In this document: positions 37,648 to 47,909 of the stretch, one piece after another
How positions within the stretch are numbered: the stretch's first letter is position 1
Layout: the number at the start of each line of letters is the position of its first letter
Source: Nannocystales bacterium
GTDB lineage: Bacteria > Myxococcota_A > Polyangia > Nannocystales > Nannocystaceae
Reading direction: 5' to 3'
Assembly: GCA_050633305.1 (NCBI GenBank)
Contig: JBOEGF010000008.1
Span: forward strand, 320,001-384,000
Length of the DNA: 64,000 nucleotides
Position numbers and translations under genes: made by a program
The notes under the pieces: model-generated
Seen by the model: the letters and a program-made list of their open reading frames with translations, nothing else
Told to the model about the DNA's origin: nothing
The model's database searches: none

Positions 37648-38907
37648 TTAGCGGCACTTCGCGATCAGCGCTTCGATGCGGTCACACGCGGTGCTCAGCG
37701 TTTCCCACTCGGGGCCGAACGAAAAGCGGGTGTAGTGGCGGAAGCGCGAGGTGTTGTGCCTGCGCTTGCCGGGGTTCACGTCGAAGAACTCGCCGGGGAC
37801 GGTGATGACCTTTTCCTCGAGCGCGGCACGGAACAAGCCCATGCCGTCGTTGAGTGGAGGCGGGAGCTTGGAGAGATTGCCCCAGGCGTAGAAGGTGCCT
37901 TCGGGCATGTGGTCGAACTCGACGCCGAGATCCTGAAGGCGGGCGACGAACTTGTTGCGCTTACGCCGAAACGTAGTGTTGATCGAGATCGTCTCGGCGT
38001 CCACAACGCTGGGTTCCAACGCGGCCAGGGCTGCCCGTTGCAGCGGTCGGCTCCCGCCGCCGTCGAGGAAGGAGCCCGCACTCCCCATCACATCGATGAC
38101 CGACTTCGGCCCGACGGTCCAAGCCACACGCCAGCCTGGGTAGCGCCAGTTCTTTGTGAGCCCGTCGAACAGCACCACCGGATCGCGGTCGACGTCCTCG
38201 ACATAGCGGGCCGCACTCTCGACGGGGAGCTCCCCCGGTGTCTCCGCCCAGATGTAGTGCGAGTAGAACTCGTCCATCAGCAGCGTGCAGTCGAGCTCTC
38301 GCGCCACCTCGACGAAGCCCCGGAGGTCCTCTCCGCTGACGAGCTTTCCCGTGGGGTTGCATGGGTTGGACATCAGCAACGCGGACAGGCCGCGGCCTTG
38401 GACTTCCTTGCGGAGGTCGTCGGGGCTGAACGCGTAGCCACGCTCGGGTTGGAGCAGAATCGGGATCGAGGTGAACGCGCGGAAGATCTCGAGCAACTCC
38501 TCGTACGCCGTGTAGTCGGGGAGGAAATGCCCCAGGTGCACGGTGCCGATACTGGCGGCGGCGCGGGTCAGCGCGGCACGGCCGCCAGAGCTGATCGAGA
38601 CGTTCTCCGCGGTGTACTGCGACGGCATCCCTTGTCGGTAGAGCCGGTTGTACATCGCGGCCACCGACTCTCGGAGCTCGGTCAGGCCCGAAACAGGCGC
38701 GTAGTCCCGGTCAAACTCGGCGATCTCCACGGTATTGATGCGCGGGGGCGCGCCCTCGATCTCGCCCGTCTCCGGCTGGCCCTGGCCGAGGTTGCACCAG
38801 CTGGGATCCGAGGCGTCGTAGCCCCGCTTGACCGCTTCGGTCGTGACGTAGATGACGCCGGTCCGAGGGACAGCACGAAACGCAGACGGGATGGACGGGG
38901 CCTCCAC
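37648..38907 (-). CDS. PLP-dependent aminotransferase class I/II
   Basis: NLGQGQP, SNPCNPTG, DEFY, GLTKNWRYPGWRVAW (PLP Lys). Confidence 0.93.
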   Translation of the reverse strand: MEAPSIPSAFRAVPRTGVIYVTTEAVKRGYDASDPSWCNLGQGQPETGEIEGAPPRINTVEIAEFDRDYAPVSGLTELRESVAAMYNRLYRQGMPSQYTAENVSISSGGRAALTRAAASIGTVHLGHFLPDYTAYEELLEIFRAFTSIPILLQPERGYAFSPDDLRKEVQGRGLSALLMSNPCNPTGKLVSGEDLRGFVEVARELDCTLLMDEFYSHYIWAETPGELPVESAARYVEDVDRDPVVLFDGLTKNWRYPGWRVAWTVGPKSVIDVMGSAGSFLDGGGSRPLQRAALAALEPSVVDAETISINTTFRRKRNKFVARLQDLGVEFDHMPEGTFYAWGNLSKLPPPLNDGMGLFRAALEEKVITVPGEFFDVNPGKRRHNTSRFRHYTRFSFGPEWETLSTACDRIEALIAKCR

Positions 38908-39040
38908 GCGCGGAGCCTACACCGCCACGAAGCCAGCCTCCAAACACGCCTACAACGCACTCGCGTGAGCCGTGAGAGGCATTTGACCACGCCCGCAGGC
39001 GCCCGTAGGCTCGCCTCCCTGACGGGATTGGCCTGCGATC

Positions 39041-40447
39041 ATGAGCACCACCAAGCGTAAGAAGAAGGCGAAGCGATCCTCCTCCAAGACGAGCGCGAAG
39101 AAGACGCCCTCGACAAAGAAGAAGACCGCCAAGAAGACGGCCTCCAAGAAGAAGCCAGCCGCCAAGAAAGCTCCCGCAAAGAAGAAGCCCGCCGCCAAGA
39201 AGGCCGCTGCCAAGAAGGCCGCTGCTAAGAAAGCTCCCGCCAAGAAGGCCTCTGCCAAGAAAGCTCCCGCCAAGAAGGCCGCGCCCAAGAAGGCCGCTGC
39301 CAAGAAAGCTCCCCCCAAGAAGGCCGCGCCGCCTAAGCAGGCCGCTGCCAAGAAGGCCGCTACCAAGAAGGCTCCCCCCAAGAAAGCTCCCCCCAAGAAG
39401 GCCGCTGCCAAGAAGGCTCCCCCCAAGAAAGCCGCGCCCAAGAAAGCCGCGCCCAAGAAGGCCGCTGCCAAGAAGGCTCCCCCCAGGGTCGCTGCCAAGA
39501 AGGCCCCCGCCAAGCAGGCCCCCGCCAAGGTCGCGCCAAAAAAGGCTGCGAAGAAAGCTCCCAAGCCGGCCCCCGAGGGCGTCACCGCAGCGGTGCTCCC
39601 CGAGCGGAAGAAGCTCAACAACTACTTGATGATCACGCTCGACAGCTGCCGTTTCGACAGCTTCGTCGCCGGCAACACCAAGACGGTTGAGAAGCTCGGC
39701 GAGCTCGAGCGCCGCTACAGCTACGCCAGCTGGACCGCGCCGTCGCACTACAACCTGATGACCGGCCTGATGCCGCACAGCTCGCCCTCAAACGTGTACG
39801 CGAGCGAGTACTACAAAGAAGACTTCTTCAAGTACGGCGAGCGTCTGGGCACCGAGGACGCCTCGTTCCGCGAGCTGATCCCCAGCCTCTGCTTCCCGGT
39901 CTGGCTCAAGAAACTCGGCTACCACACGCATGCTCGAGTCTCGATGCCTGTGCTCAACTCGAAGACGGGCATCAACCGCGGCTTCGACACCTACAAGCTC
40001 ATGGACAAGCACAACGACATGCGGTCGATGTTCGAGACCATGCGGTTCTCAGAAGAGAAGCCCAACTTCTTCATGATGAACGTAGGCGAGACGCACTACC
40101 CCTACGCGCGCCCCACCGAGGAGAAGAACGACTGGCCCCGCATCAGCGGCGTGCATGGCGTCTTCAAGAAGCTCGATGGCAACATCAAGGACGGCAAAGT
40201 CGTCACCTCGGACGAGAAGTTCTTCGACGAGAAGAAGATGAAGGAGCTGCACGCGCGGCAGATCGACACGGTCAACTACCTCGACGACGTGTTCGAGGAG
40301 CTCTTCGACCTGGTCCCCGACAACACCTACATCACGGTCATGGCCGACCACGGCGAGCTCTTCGGCGAGGGTGGCTACTTCGGGCACGGCCCGATCAACC
40401 ATGACAAGGTGTTCGAGGTTCCCTTCCTCGAAGGCAAGATCCGATGA
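39041..40447 (+). CDS. Histone-H1-like Lys/Ala/Pro-rich N-terminus fused to a sulfatase/alkaline-phosphatase-superfamily domain
   Basis: About 175 aa of [12 protein letters not shown] repeats, then [27 protein letters not shown] and GHG in one uninterrupted frame. Confidence 0.85.
   Translation: MSTTKRKKKAKRSSSKTSAKKTPSTKKKTAKKTASKKKPAAKKAPAKKKPAAKKAAAKKAAAKKAPAKKASAKKAPAKKAAPKKAAAKKAPPKKAAPPKQAAAKKAATKKAPPKKAPPKKAAAKKAPPKKAAPKKAAPKKAAAKKAPPRVAAKKAPAKQAPAKVAPKKAAKKAPKPAPEGVTAAVLPERKKLNNYLMITLDSCRFDSFVAGNTKTVEKLGELERRYSYASWTAPSHYNLMTGLMPHSSPSNVYASEYYKEDFFKYGERLGTEDASFRELIPSLCFPVWLKKLGYHTHARVSMPVLNSKTGINRGFDTYKLMDKHNDMRSMFETMRFSEEKPNFFMMNVGETHYPYARPTEEKNDWPRISGVHGVFKKLDGNIKDGKVVTSDEKFFDEKKMKELHARQIDTVNYLDDVFEELFDLVPDNTYITVMADHGELFGEGGYFGHGPINHDKVFEVPFLEGKIR
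39050..39570 (+). repeat. Coding degenerate 15-nt tandem repeats (AAGAAGGCxxxxxxx) encoding KKA[AP][APK] pentapeptides
   Basis: Directly visible repeated aagaaggccgctgcc / aagaaagctcccgcc units. Confidence 0.9.
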
Positions 40448-42465
40448 TCCTCTACATTGGCCCCGGCGCTGGTTTCGTCTTTGGCGGCACCTTCCTGGCG
40501 CTCATCGCGGCGCTCTTCTCCGGCTTCGTTTCACTCTTCCTGTGGCCGATCCGGATGATTCGCCGGACGCTGTCGGGTTCGCGCGCCTACAAGGACGCGA
40601 AGGTCAAACGAGTCGTCTTCCTGGGTCTCGACGGCTTCGACCCCAAGCTTGCCGAGCGCTTCTTGGAAGAGGGCAAGCTGCCCAACCTCGCGAAGCTCAA
40701 AGGCCAGGGCAGCTACAACCGGCTGCGCACCACGTTCCCGTGCCTGTCTCCGGTCGCATGGTCCTGCTTCGCCACGGGCGGCAACCCGGCCAAGCACAAC
40801 ATCTTCGGGTTCATCAGCCGCAACCCCAAGAACTACACACCCGAGCTCTCCAGTTCCAAGGTTCGGCCGCCGTTGCGCACGCTGAAGATCCTCGGCATGG
40901 AGATCCCGCTGGGCAAACCGGTGGTCGAGATGCGCCGCAAGAGCGTGCCGTTTTGGAAGCTGTTGGGTGAGCACGACATCCACAGCACCATCCTGCGCAT
41001 CCCGATCACGTTCCCGCCTGAGAAGTTCAACGGCCACGTGCTCTCGGCGATGTGCACGCCCGACCTTCGCGGCACCCAAGGCAGCTTCAGCTTCTATTCG
41101 ACCGCCTACGAGGAGTCGAGCCAGAGCGAGGGCCTGCGCCTGCCGTTGGTGAAGACCGAGAGCGGCGTCATGGGCGAGGTGTGGGGACCCCCCGACCCTC
41201 GCAGCGACAAGGGCGAGCACCTCAAGCTGCCCTTCACGCTCGACAAGCAACCCGACGGCACCTACCTGTTCGAGGCCGGCTCCGAGAGCCATGTACTCAC
41301 GCCGGGCAAGTACAGCGAGTGGGTCTCGATGGCCTTCTCCAGCGGCATGATGGGTTCGGCCAAGGGCATCGCGCGGCTACTCATCACGGGTACCGACCCC
41401 CACCTCGAGCTGTACATGACGCCGATCAACATCGATCCGGCGTCCCCCGCCCTGCCCATCTCGCACCCGGCCTCCTACGCGATCTACCTGTCCAAGCTCA
41501 TGGGCAGCTACTCGACGCTGGGCCTGGCCGAGGACACCTGGGCGATGAACGAGCGCGTGCTCGACGAAGACGCGTTCTTGGATCAGGCGTATCTCAACCA
41601 CGAGGAGCGCGAGACCATGTTCTTCAACGCCCTGGAGAAGACCCCCAAGGGCGTGGTGGCCTGCGTGTTCGATGCCTCCGACCGCATCCAGCACATGTTC
41701 TACCGGACCTTCATTCCCGACCACCCGGGCAACAGGGACCGCGACATCGAGCCGTACAAGAACGTCATCGAGGACATGTACGTGAAGATGGACGGCCTCG
41801 TCGGTCGCGCCATGGAGAAGATCAACGAAGACGACCTCTTCTTCGTTCTCTCCGACCATGGGTTCGAGTCCTTCGTCCGGGGCGTCAACCTCAACGCGTG
41901 GCTGCGCGAAGAGGGCTACCTGGTCCTCAAGGACGACCGCAAAGTCAGCGGCGACTACTTCGAGCACGTCGACTGGTCCAAAACCAAGGCCTACACGGTC
42001 GGCATGGGCGGTATCTACCTCAACCGCAAAGGCCGCGAGGCTCGGGGCATCGTCAAGCCTGGCAAAGAGGCCGAGGCGCTCAAGAAAGAGCTCAAAGAAA
42101 AGCTCGAGGGCTACATGGACGAAGAGCGGGGCGAGATGGCCATCCAGAAGGTCGGCATCTCCTCCAGCCTCTACAAGGGCCCTTACCTGGGCGCCGGTCC
42201 GGACCTGCTCATCGGCTACTGCCGGGGCTATCGCGCCAGCTGGGCTGCGGCCACGGGCGGCATCGAAGAAACCATCTTCCAGGACAACGACAAGGCCTGG
42301 GGCGGCGACCATTGCATCGACCCCGAACTGGTTCCGGGCGTGATCTTCTCCAACCGCGAAGTGGGCGTGGATGACCCGGGTATCGAGGACTTGGCACCGA
42401 CGACCATGAGCATGTTCGGACTCAAGCCTCCGAGACACATGGAAGGGCGTCCGATCATCCAGTAG
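40444..42465 (+). CDS. Alkaline phosphatase superfamily, nucleotide pyrophosphatase/phosphodiesterase-like
   Basis: N-terminal YIGPGAG plus TM; LGLDG, SPVAWS, DRIQH, SDHGF and GDH motifs; ATGA overlap with the upstream gene. Confidence 0.88.
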   Translation: MILYIGPGAGFVFGGTFLALIAALFSGFVSLFLWPIRMIRRTLSGSRAYKDAKVKRVVFLGLDGFDPKLAERFLEEGKLPNLAKLKGQGSYNRLRTTFPCLSPVAWSCFATGGNPAKHNIFGFISRNPKNYTPELSSSKVRPPLRTLKILGMEIPLGKPVVEMRRKSVPFWKLLGEHDIHSTILRIPITFPPEKFNGHVLSAMCTPDLRGTQGSFSFYSTAYEESSQSEGLRLPLVKTESGVMGEVWGPPDPRSDKGEHLKLPFTLDKQPDGTYLFEAGSESHVLTPGKYSEWVSMAFSSGMMGSAKGIARLLITGTDPHLELYMTPINIDPASPALPISHPASYAIYLSKLMGSYSTLGLAEDTWAMNERVLDEDAFLDQAYLNHEERETMFFNALEKTPKGVVACVFDASDRIQHMFYRTFIPDHPGNRDRDIEPYKNVIEDMYVKMDGLVGRAMEKINEDDLFFVLSDHGFESFVRGVNLNAWLREEGYLVLKDDRKVSGDYFEHVDWSKTKAYTVGMGGIYLNRKGREARGIVKPGKEAEALKKELKEKLEGYMDEERGEMAIQKVGISSSLYKGPYLGAGPDLLIGYCRGYRASWAAATGGIEETIFQDNDKAWGGDHCIDPELVPGVIFSNREVGVDDPGIEDLAPTTMSMFGLKPPRHMEGRPIIQ

Positions 42466-42486
42466 GTGGTCGCACGTCGTGATGAG

Positions 42487-42522
42487 ACAAGCCCCGGCCA
42501 CGCAAGTGGACCGGGGCTTTGT
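42487..42522 (+). terminator. Intrinsic terminator between convergent genes
   Basis: AAGCCCCGG-CCAC-GCAA-GTGG-A-CCGGGGCTT-TGT: GC stem with a GNRA tetraloop. Confidence 0.75.
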
Positions 42523-42524
42523 CG

Positions 42525-43139
42525 TTAGCGGCGCAGACGCCGAGCGCGGCGAAGTGCCTTTCGTGCTGCTCTTCGGTCTCCGGCGAGCCGATACGCTTCG
42601 CCGAGCAACGTTTGGTGCGCAGCGTTCCTCGGCTGGGCTTCTACGGCTTCGAGTGCGTACTGAACGGCAAGCCCGTGCTCGTGCCGTTCGATATGGAGTT
42701 CGGCCATCGCGGCGGCCGAGGGCGCATCGAGAGAGTTGTCGAAGATGAGCACTTCGTCGTCATCCCCGTCATCTTCGATGATGATGATGACCTCCTCCTC
42801 GCCTTCGAGTCGGCCTGGCGCGTCGCTCACCTCGGGGGCGGCTTCGAAGCGGGCCTGGTCGAGCACGGGGGCGGCCGTGGTCATCGGCGTCATGATCGAC
42901 CGCGAGCCCGCACCGTGGGGCTCGATGCGTGCGGCCTCGGAGGGCAACGCGAAAAAGACGCAGACCCCAGCCACTGCGGCGACCGTGGCGGTCGCACCGG
43001 CCCAACGCACCACATCGGGGAGCATGCGGTCTCGCCAGCGCAGCGGCCGAACGCGAAGCGTGACGGCGTGTTCATCCACGACCCCACGGTTCCTGAAGGG
43101 CCGGAGAGACGGGGTGACGGATGACGCTTCGAGTTCCAT
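42525..43139 (-). CDS. Hypothetical membrane-anchored protein with acidic linker and C-terminal TPR-like repeat
   Basis: TM (ATATVAAVAGVCVFFAL), EEEVIIIIEDDGDDDE, and AVEAQPRNAAHQTLLGEAYRLAG. Start at MELEASS. Confidence 0.65.
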   Translation of the reverse strand: MELEASSVTPSLRPFRNRGVVDEHAVTLRVRPLRWRDRMLPDVVRWAGATATVAAVAGVCVFFALPSEAARIEPHGAGSRSIMTPMTTAAPVLDQARFEAAPEVSDAPGRLEGEEEVIIIIEDDGDDDEVLIFDNSLDAPSAAAMAELHIERHEHGLAVQYALEAVEAQPRNAAHQTLLGEAYRLAGDRRAARKALRRARRLRR

Positions 43140-43286
43140 GTAGGATAACGACCTACCTGCACCATGCACGCTGGCAGGCCACACGCCAAAAACTCCGCGC
43201 AACTCGGAGTGCACACCAGTCCGCGGGACGACCGAGGGCAGTCCCTGCGGGGCGTGGACAGGCCGACCCGTCCACACGGCTGATGC

Positions 43287-46200
43287 TCAGGGTTGGTGAT
43301 GGCTCGCCAGCCAATCCTCGATCGCGGGGAGACCGTCGGCGGATCCCTGCACGTCGTCTCGATAGCCGTCGCGCGCCTCGAGGGCAAGCGCATGAGCCCG
43401 AGAGCGTTGCGATCGCTTCGACCACAGAGCGCGGGCGAGCAAGAAGCGAGCGTCGGCCAGACCGGAGGCCGACGTCCCGGCTGACTCTCGGACCGAGACC
43501 GCTCGTTCGGCGTACACGCGAGCCGTCTCGGACTCCCCCTGCTCCAGCGCAACTTGGGCGAGTCCGACCATGGGATAGGTTGCCGTTGGATGCTTGGGGC
43601 CGAGCGTGTCCTCGAGGATCGCCAGTGCCCGGCGAAACTCGGACGCCGCTTCAGAGAGTTCCCCCTGCTTCTGCAGCACCTTGCCAATGCTCGAGCGTGC
43701 CTGCCCGACGGACGCGTGACCGGAGCCCAAGGTTTCCTCGCTGATGGCCAGTGCCCGGCGGTGGTGCTCCAGCGCTCGCGCGTGATCGCCCTGGACTTCG
43801 AAGACGGTGCCGATGTTTTGAAGTGCAGGAGCCAGGCTTCCGTGGCTCGGACCCAAGACCTCCTCGTTAATGCTCAGCGCGCGTTGGAAGTAGGTCAATG
43901 CCTCCGCGTACTCACCTGCACTCCCCACCACCATGCCCATGGTATTGAGCGTGGTCGCGACGTCGGGGTGACGGGGCCCGTGGGCGCGCTCCATGATGGG
44001 CAGCGCTCGCTCGAGGTTGGTGCGTGCCTCCTGAAACTCCTCTTGGCGCATGAGCACCTGAGCGGTGTTGTGAAGGGACCGGGCGACATGCGGGTGCTCC
44101 GCCCCCAACGCACCTTCGAAGATCGCCTGAGCCCGTCGGAACTCGACGAGCGCCTCATCGTATGCGCCCTGCCCCTGGAACACATTGCCAACGCTGTTGA
44201 ACGAAATGGCCAGATCGGGGTGACCCGGCCCGAGCGTCTGCTCCTGGATCGCCAGCGCACGGCGGTGGTGCTGCAGCGATTCCCCGTGCTTTCCCTGGCT
44301 CAAGAGCACGTTGCCGATGTTGCTCAGGACCCCCGCCACGGAAGGATGCTCCGAGCCCAGGGCGTGCTCCCGGATGGCCAGCGCATCTCGGTAGCGGTCC
44401 AATGACTCGTCGTACTTGCTCTGAGCGTTGCTCACGATCCCCAAGTTGTTGAGGACGAACGCCTCGGTCAGGGGCTCGACCCCGGGACCCCTGGACACCG
44501 ACAGCGCGGCCTTCCCCCACACGAGCCCCTGCTCGTTGTGGCCCTGCTGAGCCCCGACGACTCGCGTCAGCAGGCCGAGGCTCAGGGCTGTGACCCCGTC
44601 GAGCCCATGCTCTCCAGCCAGCCCGAGCGCCCGCTCGAGATCCACGACCGACTCCGCATACTCGCCAGCCTTGTCTCGTAGGCTCCCGCGGCGGAACAAC
44701 GCTTCGGCGAGCAACGGCCCATACGCCAGTGTCTCAGCCTGCGCAGCGACGCCCTCGGCGACCGCGAAGGCTTCGTAGTAGTCGCCAGCCAGCTCCAAGG
44801 TGAGGGCCCGCCGGAGGCGCTCTCGCTGGCCCTCAACGTCGGCGGCGACGTCAGGATCTTCCGGTGGCGGCAGCTCAGCCCTGAGTGCCTCAACGTCATC
44901 GCACCGAGAGATTCGCGGCAATCCTGCGACGACGCTCACCGCGTTTCGAACCCGCGCCTCGTCCGCTTCCGCGAGAACGGCGACCGCTTCGCGCAGCGCC
45001 ACACGACGGCTCCGAAGGCACTCCATCCGAAGGCCCATCACCTCCGCCGACTGCTCCTGCCGCACGCTCGTCGCCTCGCAAACCTCGGTGTGTTTTTCGA
45101 CCCAACTGTCGGCGTAGACGCGCAGTCGTTGTTCGACCCGGCCCCAGGTGTCGGGGGCGTACCCCACCCCGGTGCTGAGGATCGCGCCCTGGACCTCTCG
45201 CGTCCGCGCGTCGTCCCAGATCCCATCGAGCTTGTCCCTGGCCCCCTCACAACGCTGCCCCTGGCCAGCTCCGTAGGCGATGCTGAGGCTCACCAGGGAC
45301 AAGCCGCCAAACAGCCCGAGCGCCAGTGTCCCCCGACGCACGGGTGCCACCACCGCACGCAACTCGGCCAAGAGGGGCTCCATCGACGGCCACCGATCCT
45401 CAGGTTTGGTCGCCAGCCCTCGCAGGAGCACCCTGCGGAGTGCCACGGGGATCTTGGTCCCCTTCGGTGCCGCCCGCACCTTGCCTTCGAGCATCGCGAC
45501 CATCTGCGCTGCCATCGTCGCGGCGGAGAACGGTCGTATCCCATACAGCGCCTCAAACAGCGCGACGCAGTAGCTGAACTGGTCGGTCCGCGCGTCGGTC
45601 TCGATCCCCTTGAGCTGCTCCAGCGGCATGTAAGCGGGCGTGCCGACCACCGTCCCTGCGCGGGTGAGTGGAGTCCCCAACGCTGTATCGCGTAGCTCAG
45701 GCACGGCCCGCTCGCCAGCGGTGTCGGCCTGCGCATCGCTCGTCACCGACTGCCCATCGTTTTCGGCCCGCCGCGCAAGGCCAAAGTCCAGGACGCGCGG
45801 GCGGCCCTTTTCATCGATGACCGCATTGTCCGGCTTGAAGTCGCGGTGGATCAGACCCTCCTCATGCGCAGCGGCCAAGCCTGCTCCTGCGCCCAGAAAC
45901 ACCGTCACGCACTCCCGCCATCCAGGACTCGGGCTCTGCTCCATCCACTTGCGGAGCGACTTCCCCTCGACCAGCTCCATTGCCACGAAGGTCTGCCCCC
46001 CAACCTCGGCAACCTCGTACACCTGCACCACGTTGGGGTGCGACAGCTTCGCCATCGCCTGTGCCTCTCGTCGCAGTCGGATCGTGTGCTCTTGGTCGAG
46101 CTCCCGATGCAAAACCTTGAGCGCCACCGGACGATCCAGGGTGCGGTCGAAGGCCTTGAGCACAACCCCCATGCCCCCCTCCCCCAAGACACCCAGCACG

Positions 46201-46442
46201 ACATATCGACCCAGTTTTTCGAGATCGCGAGACCATCGAAACAGCGTCTCGCTTCCGTGTGTATTCGGAGCCGTGTGCCCCGGACCATCGACTCCGGGTA
46301 CGCGAACCGTCGGGGCGACTCCGGATGCGCGTGCCGTCACAGCGGCGGACGCAGCCTGAGCCCCGGGCAGCTTCGCCGTGAGGACGGGAGGCTGCATCGA
46401 GTCTTCACCCGTCTCGGCGGGTGGTTCCGGCTCCAATCTCAC
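43287..46442 (-). CDS. Ser/Thr kinase with TM segment and kinesin-light-chain-type TPR repeats
   Basis: LGEGGMG, HRDFKPDN, DFGLAR, GTPAYMPLEQ; about 8 repeats of the form ALAI.E..LG..HP.VA..L.N.G. Start could be ATG 46397. Confidence 0.93.
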   Translation of the reverse strand: MRLEPEPPAETGEDSMQPPVLTAKLPGAQAASAAVTARASGVAPTVRVPGVDGPGHTAPNTHGSETLFRWSRDLEKLGRYVVLGVLGEGGMGVVLKAFDRTLDRPVALKVLHRELDQEHTIRLRREAQAMAKLSHPNVVQVYEVAEVGGQTFVAMELVEGKSLRKWMEQSPSPGWRECVTVFLGAGAGLAAAHEEGLIHRDFKPDNAVIDEKGRPRVLDFGLARRAENDGQSVTSDAQADTAGERAVPELRDTALGTPLTRAGTVVGTPAYMPLEQLKGIETDARTDQFSYCVALFEALYGIRPFSAATMAAQMVAMLEGKVRAAPKGTKIPVALRRVLLRGLATKPEDRWPSMEPLLAELRAVVAPVRRGTLALGLFGGLSLVSLSIAYGAGQGQRCEGARDKLDGIWDDARTREVQGAILSTGVGYAPDTWGRVEQRLRVYADSWVEKHTEVCEATSVRQEQSAEVMGLRMECLRSRRVALREAVAVLAEADEARVRNAVSVVAGLPRISRCDDVEALRAELPPPEDPDVAADVEGQRERLRRALTLELAGDYYEAFAVAEGVAAQAETLAYGPLLAEALFRRGSLRDKAGEYAESVVDLERALGLAGEHGLDGVTALSLGLLTRVVGAQQGHNEQGLVWGKAALSVSRGPGVEPLTEAFVLNNLGIVSNAQSKYDESLDRYRDALAIREHALGSEHPSVAGVLSNIGNVLLSQGKHGESLQHHRRALAIQEQTLGPGHPDLAISFNSVGNVFQGQGAYDEALVEFRRAQAIFEGALGAEHPHVARSLHNTAQVLMRQEEFQEARTNLERALPIMERAHGPRHPDVATTLNTMGMVVGSAGEYAEALTYFQRALSINEEVLGPSHGSLAPALQNIGTVFEVQGDHARALEHHRRALAISEETLGSGHASVGQARSSIGKVLQKQGELSEAASEFRRALAILEDTLGPKHPTATYPMVGLAQVALEQGESETARVYAERAVSVRESAGTSASGLADARFLLARALWSKRSQRSRAHALALEARDGYRDDVQGSADGLPAIEDWLASHHQP

Positions 46443-46568
46443 GGGTGCATCTCAGTTCTCGCTCGGGTCTTCCGAGCATGGCCAGAGGGCTCCGATGCCA
46501 CAATGTCGCGGCCCTTTCATCTCCCGTGTCGTAGGCACGCCGAATGTACTGCCTGACGGCACACGGCT

Positions 46569-46605
46569 CCGGGACCGGCCCACGAATCCCGCGGTCCGGT
46601 CCCGG
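46569..46605 (-). terminator. GC-rich hairpin downstream of the DUF1835-type gene
   Basis: 10-bp inverted repeat CCGGGACCGG / CCGGTCCCGG with no U-tract. Confidence 0.4.
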
Positions 46606-46622
46606 GCTGGGGTCCGCCCGAG

Positions 46623-47909
46623 TTACCGACGGTCGGGCATCACGGGAGCGTGTGCGGTGGGGTCCCACCGCCATCCTCCCCGGGTGCCGCAACGAACCCC
46701 GCCGAGCCAGCGAGTCCGCCCGCTCTCCCGGATCCAATCCGCCCTGTTCTCCAGTAGACCGTGGCCCAGGTCCGTCAGCGCGATCCCCCAACCAGGCCAG
46801 GCCTCGTCGTTCCGCGTGAGGGAGAGGGCGCCTCCGGCCTCGAGCTCGCGAACTTCCCACCACCACATCGCGTCTCCGAGGAAGGGCAACGGCTCGACTG
46901 TCCGCAACGCTCGAAACAAGGAACCCGCGCGCCCGTGCCCCGCCCCGACCACCTCCAGGGTCAACCGCTGAGTCAGCGAGAGTCCGTCGGTCGTCCAAGG
47001 CAGCTCCATGAGGTGCCGTTTCACGGCCCCTGCCATCGGCTCGATCGCAGGCGTGCCACGCTCGGCGATCGCCCAGAGACCGCGAGGGTCCTCGCTTCGC
47101 AACGCGTTCCACACTTGGGTCGCCAGTTCGTACTCCTCGGCCTTCACCCTGCGTCGCTGGGACCACAAGTCGCGCAACTGCAAGCGCCCCAACTCTCCCA
47201 AGCCAACGAAACGGCGTCGTCCCGGATAGCGTTGGACACAGATCAGCTCGATGCACGGATGATCAAAACGACGCAAGCGGTCGAGCACGGCGGCCAGAAT
47301 CAACTGGTCGTAGCTGTCGTGTTCGAACCACAGAACGGCGCGCGGGGTCTCCTCCACCCGGTCCAACGCCTGTCGCTCGGCGTGTAGGCGCGCGAGGGTG
47401 TGCTTCGGTTGAAGCTCGAACGCATGGGCGAGGAAATCGGCCCGGGCCTGCAGCAAGACATCATCCGAACCCTGGGGAACCGGCCCCTGACAGTAAGGGT
47501 CCGCGAACTCGACGAACCGCCCGCTGTACCCCGCATCCGTGAGGGCCTGTTGAATGTCGCTCCCACAGCGGACGTGGAGCGTCTCCATCTCGTGATCAGG
47601 CGCGGGTGCCCCCTCATCGATCTCCCGCTGGGCAACCTCCATCGCGGTGCGGTGTTGCCTGAACTTCGGCCAGCTGTCGTAGCCCAGGATTCGCGCGATG
47701 ACGAGTTGCGCATCGGCGAGCTTGGGTTGCGAACCAACGCTCTTCGCACGCGGGTGGAACTGTTCCAGTGCCTGGAGCGCGGGAGCGCTGGACGCCTTGA
47801 GATCCCGCAGCAGCCGCTTCGCGTAGCGCTGAGGCAGGCGTTCGAGTTCGTTGGGGTCGAGCGCCTGGGGATCGAAAGGCGCAGCTGTCGTATCGTTTTT
47901 TTCGGTCAT
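46623..47909 (-). CDS. DUF1835-type protein with small helical N-terminal domain
   Basis: N-terminus AKRLLR...LADAQLVIARILGYDSWPKF; then LHVRCGSD, DPYCQGPV, VLWFEHDSYDQL and GLSLTQR...PFLGD. AGGAG RBS. Confidence 0.75.
   Translation of the reverse strand: MTEKNDTTAAPFDPQALDPNELERLPQRYAKRLLRDLKASSAPALQALEQFHPRAKSVGSQPKLADAQLVIARILGYDSWPKFRQHRTAMEVAQREIDEGAPAPDHEMETLHVRCGSDIQQALTDAGYSGRFVEFADPYCQGPVPQGSDDVLLQARADFLAHAFELQPKHTLARLHAERQALDRVEETPRAVLWFEHDSYDQLILAAVLDRLRRFDHPCIELICVQRYPGRRRFVGLGELGRLQLRDLWSQRRRVKAEEYELATQVWNALRSEDPRGLWAIAERGTPAIEPMAGAVKRHLMELPWTTDGLSLTQRLTLEVVGAGHGRAGSLFRALRTVEPLPFLGDAMWWWEVRELEAGGALSLTRNDEAWPGWGIALTDLGHGLLENRADWIRESGRTRWLGGVRCGTRGGWRWDPTAHAPVMPDRR

Noticed and set aside
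37231..39060. 609-aa plus-strand ORF
   Set aside because: Shadow of the minus-strand aminotransferase; no recognisable motifs.
39050..39570. Repeat tract considered as a CRISPR array
   Set aside because: Degenerate 15-nt coding units with no unique spacers and no cas genes.
38950..39621. Hydrophobic AAFLG-repeat ORF that looks like a membrane protein
   Set aside because: It is simply the reverse complement of the Lys/Ala-rich repeat.
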